DNA of 64,000 nt from Acidimicrobiia bacterium (GTDB lineage: Bacteria; Actinomycetota; Acidimicrobiia; Spongiisociales; UBA5794), in the NCBI GenBank assembly GCA_030431785.1, contig JAUIIM010000002.1:37927-101926 (forward strand). Reading direction: 5' to 3'. Shown here one piece after another: positions 63,826 to 64,000 of this stretch. Each line of letters begins with the position of its first letter. The stretch's first letter is position 1. The notes below the pieces were generated by a model that saw only the letters and a program-made list of their open reading frames with translations, searched no databases and was not told the DNA's origin. Both the position numbers and the translations under genes were made by a program.

Positions 63826-63953
63826 TCGCGCCATTTGTCAACACAAAGCCGCCACAACGACCCCGACCCCTCCCCGAGGACGTCGGGCACCGAATCGTCG
63901 ACGGACACGCCGCCTGCGACTTTCTGTCGCACGGTGCCGGTAGCGTCCCGTCC

Positions 63954-64000
63954 ATGGCCATCATCGAAGCGGAGGGGCTCCGCAAGACCTACAAGGAGAT
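63954..64000 (+). CDS. possible ABC transporter ATP-binding protein, 5' fragment only
   Basis: ATG at 63954 gives MAIIEAEGLRKTYKE, the stereotyped start of ABC ATPases. Only 15 codons are in the window. Confidence 0.4.
   Translation, partial: MAIIEAEGLRKTYKE

Noticed and set aside
62198-63932. ORFs 62198..63244 +, 63078..63932 - and 63257..63943 +
   Set aside because: They overlap rsmH and mraZ (clear motifs) in antisense or alternative frames. The region upstream of mraZ is better explained as a promoter and operator.

Overview
High-GC, tightly packed chromosomal window with Actinomycetota-type gene order. A deep-branching lineage such as Acidimicrobiia is only a low-confidence guess. About 60 genes can be supported.

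Left to right:
- uvrB (cut by the window edge) and coaE.
- A NarL-type two-component system, followed by a Flp/Tad pilus locus: flp, a GT-C-like membrane protein, tadC, tadB, tadA, tadZ/cpaE and cpaB.
- rpsA and polA.
- A second Tad fragment (tadG-like and tadE-like genes) next to tRNA-Leu(CAA).
- A trp operon, trpE-[atypical regulator]-trpC-trpF-trpB-trpA.
- ccdA, an MFS transporter and a MATE transporter, nth, a thioesterase and two small membrane proteins.
- A long ThyX-like protein, an ArsA/Get3-like ATPase pair, dnaE, pfk and a WS/DGAT.
- rluD-lspA-dksA-like, then a T-box leader and ileS.
- A complete dcw cell-division/cell-wall cluster from yggT/sepF/ftsZ through mraZ.

Most of the window is core genome, and I see no defence system, CRISPR array, transposase or prophage.

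The most unusual signal is non-coding. At least five intergenic regions are largely built from short tandem repeats with 7-8 nt units. Two are long purine-rich GGGA-type arrays in divergent promoter regions, with 13 and 17 G-runs. Others abut the polA and trpE start codons or sit in the rpsA leader.

Other points worth a second look:
- An OmpR-family regulator with a degenerate (pseudo) receiver domain sits inside the trp operon.
- The Tad locus appears inserted into the conserved polA-rpsA-coaE-uvrB block.
- A GT-C-like membrane protein is translationally coupled to tadC.
- The ThyX-like protein looks like a fused duplication.
- divIVA is missing from its usual position after yggT.

Many long ORFs in the supplied track are antisense shadows or 5' over-extensions typical of high-GC DNA. 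I rejected those.
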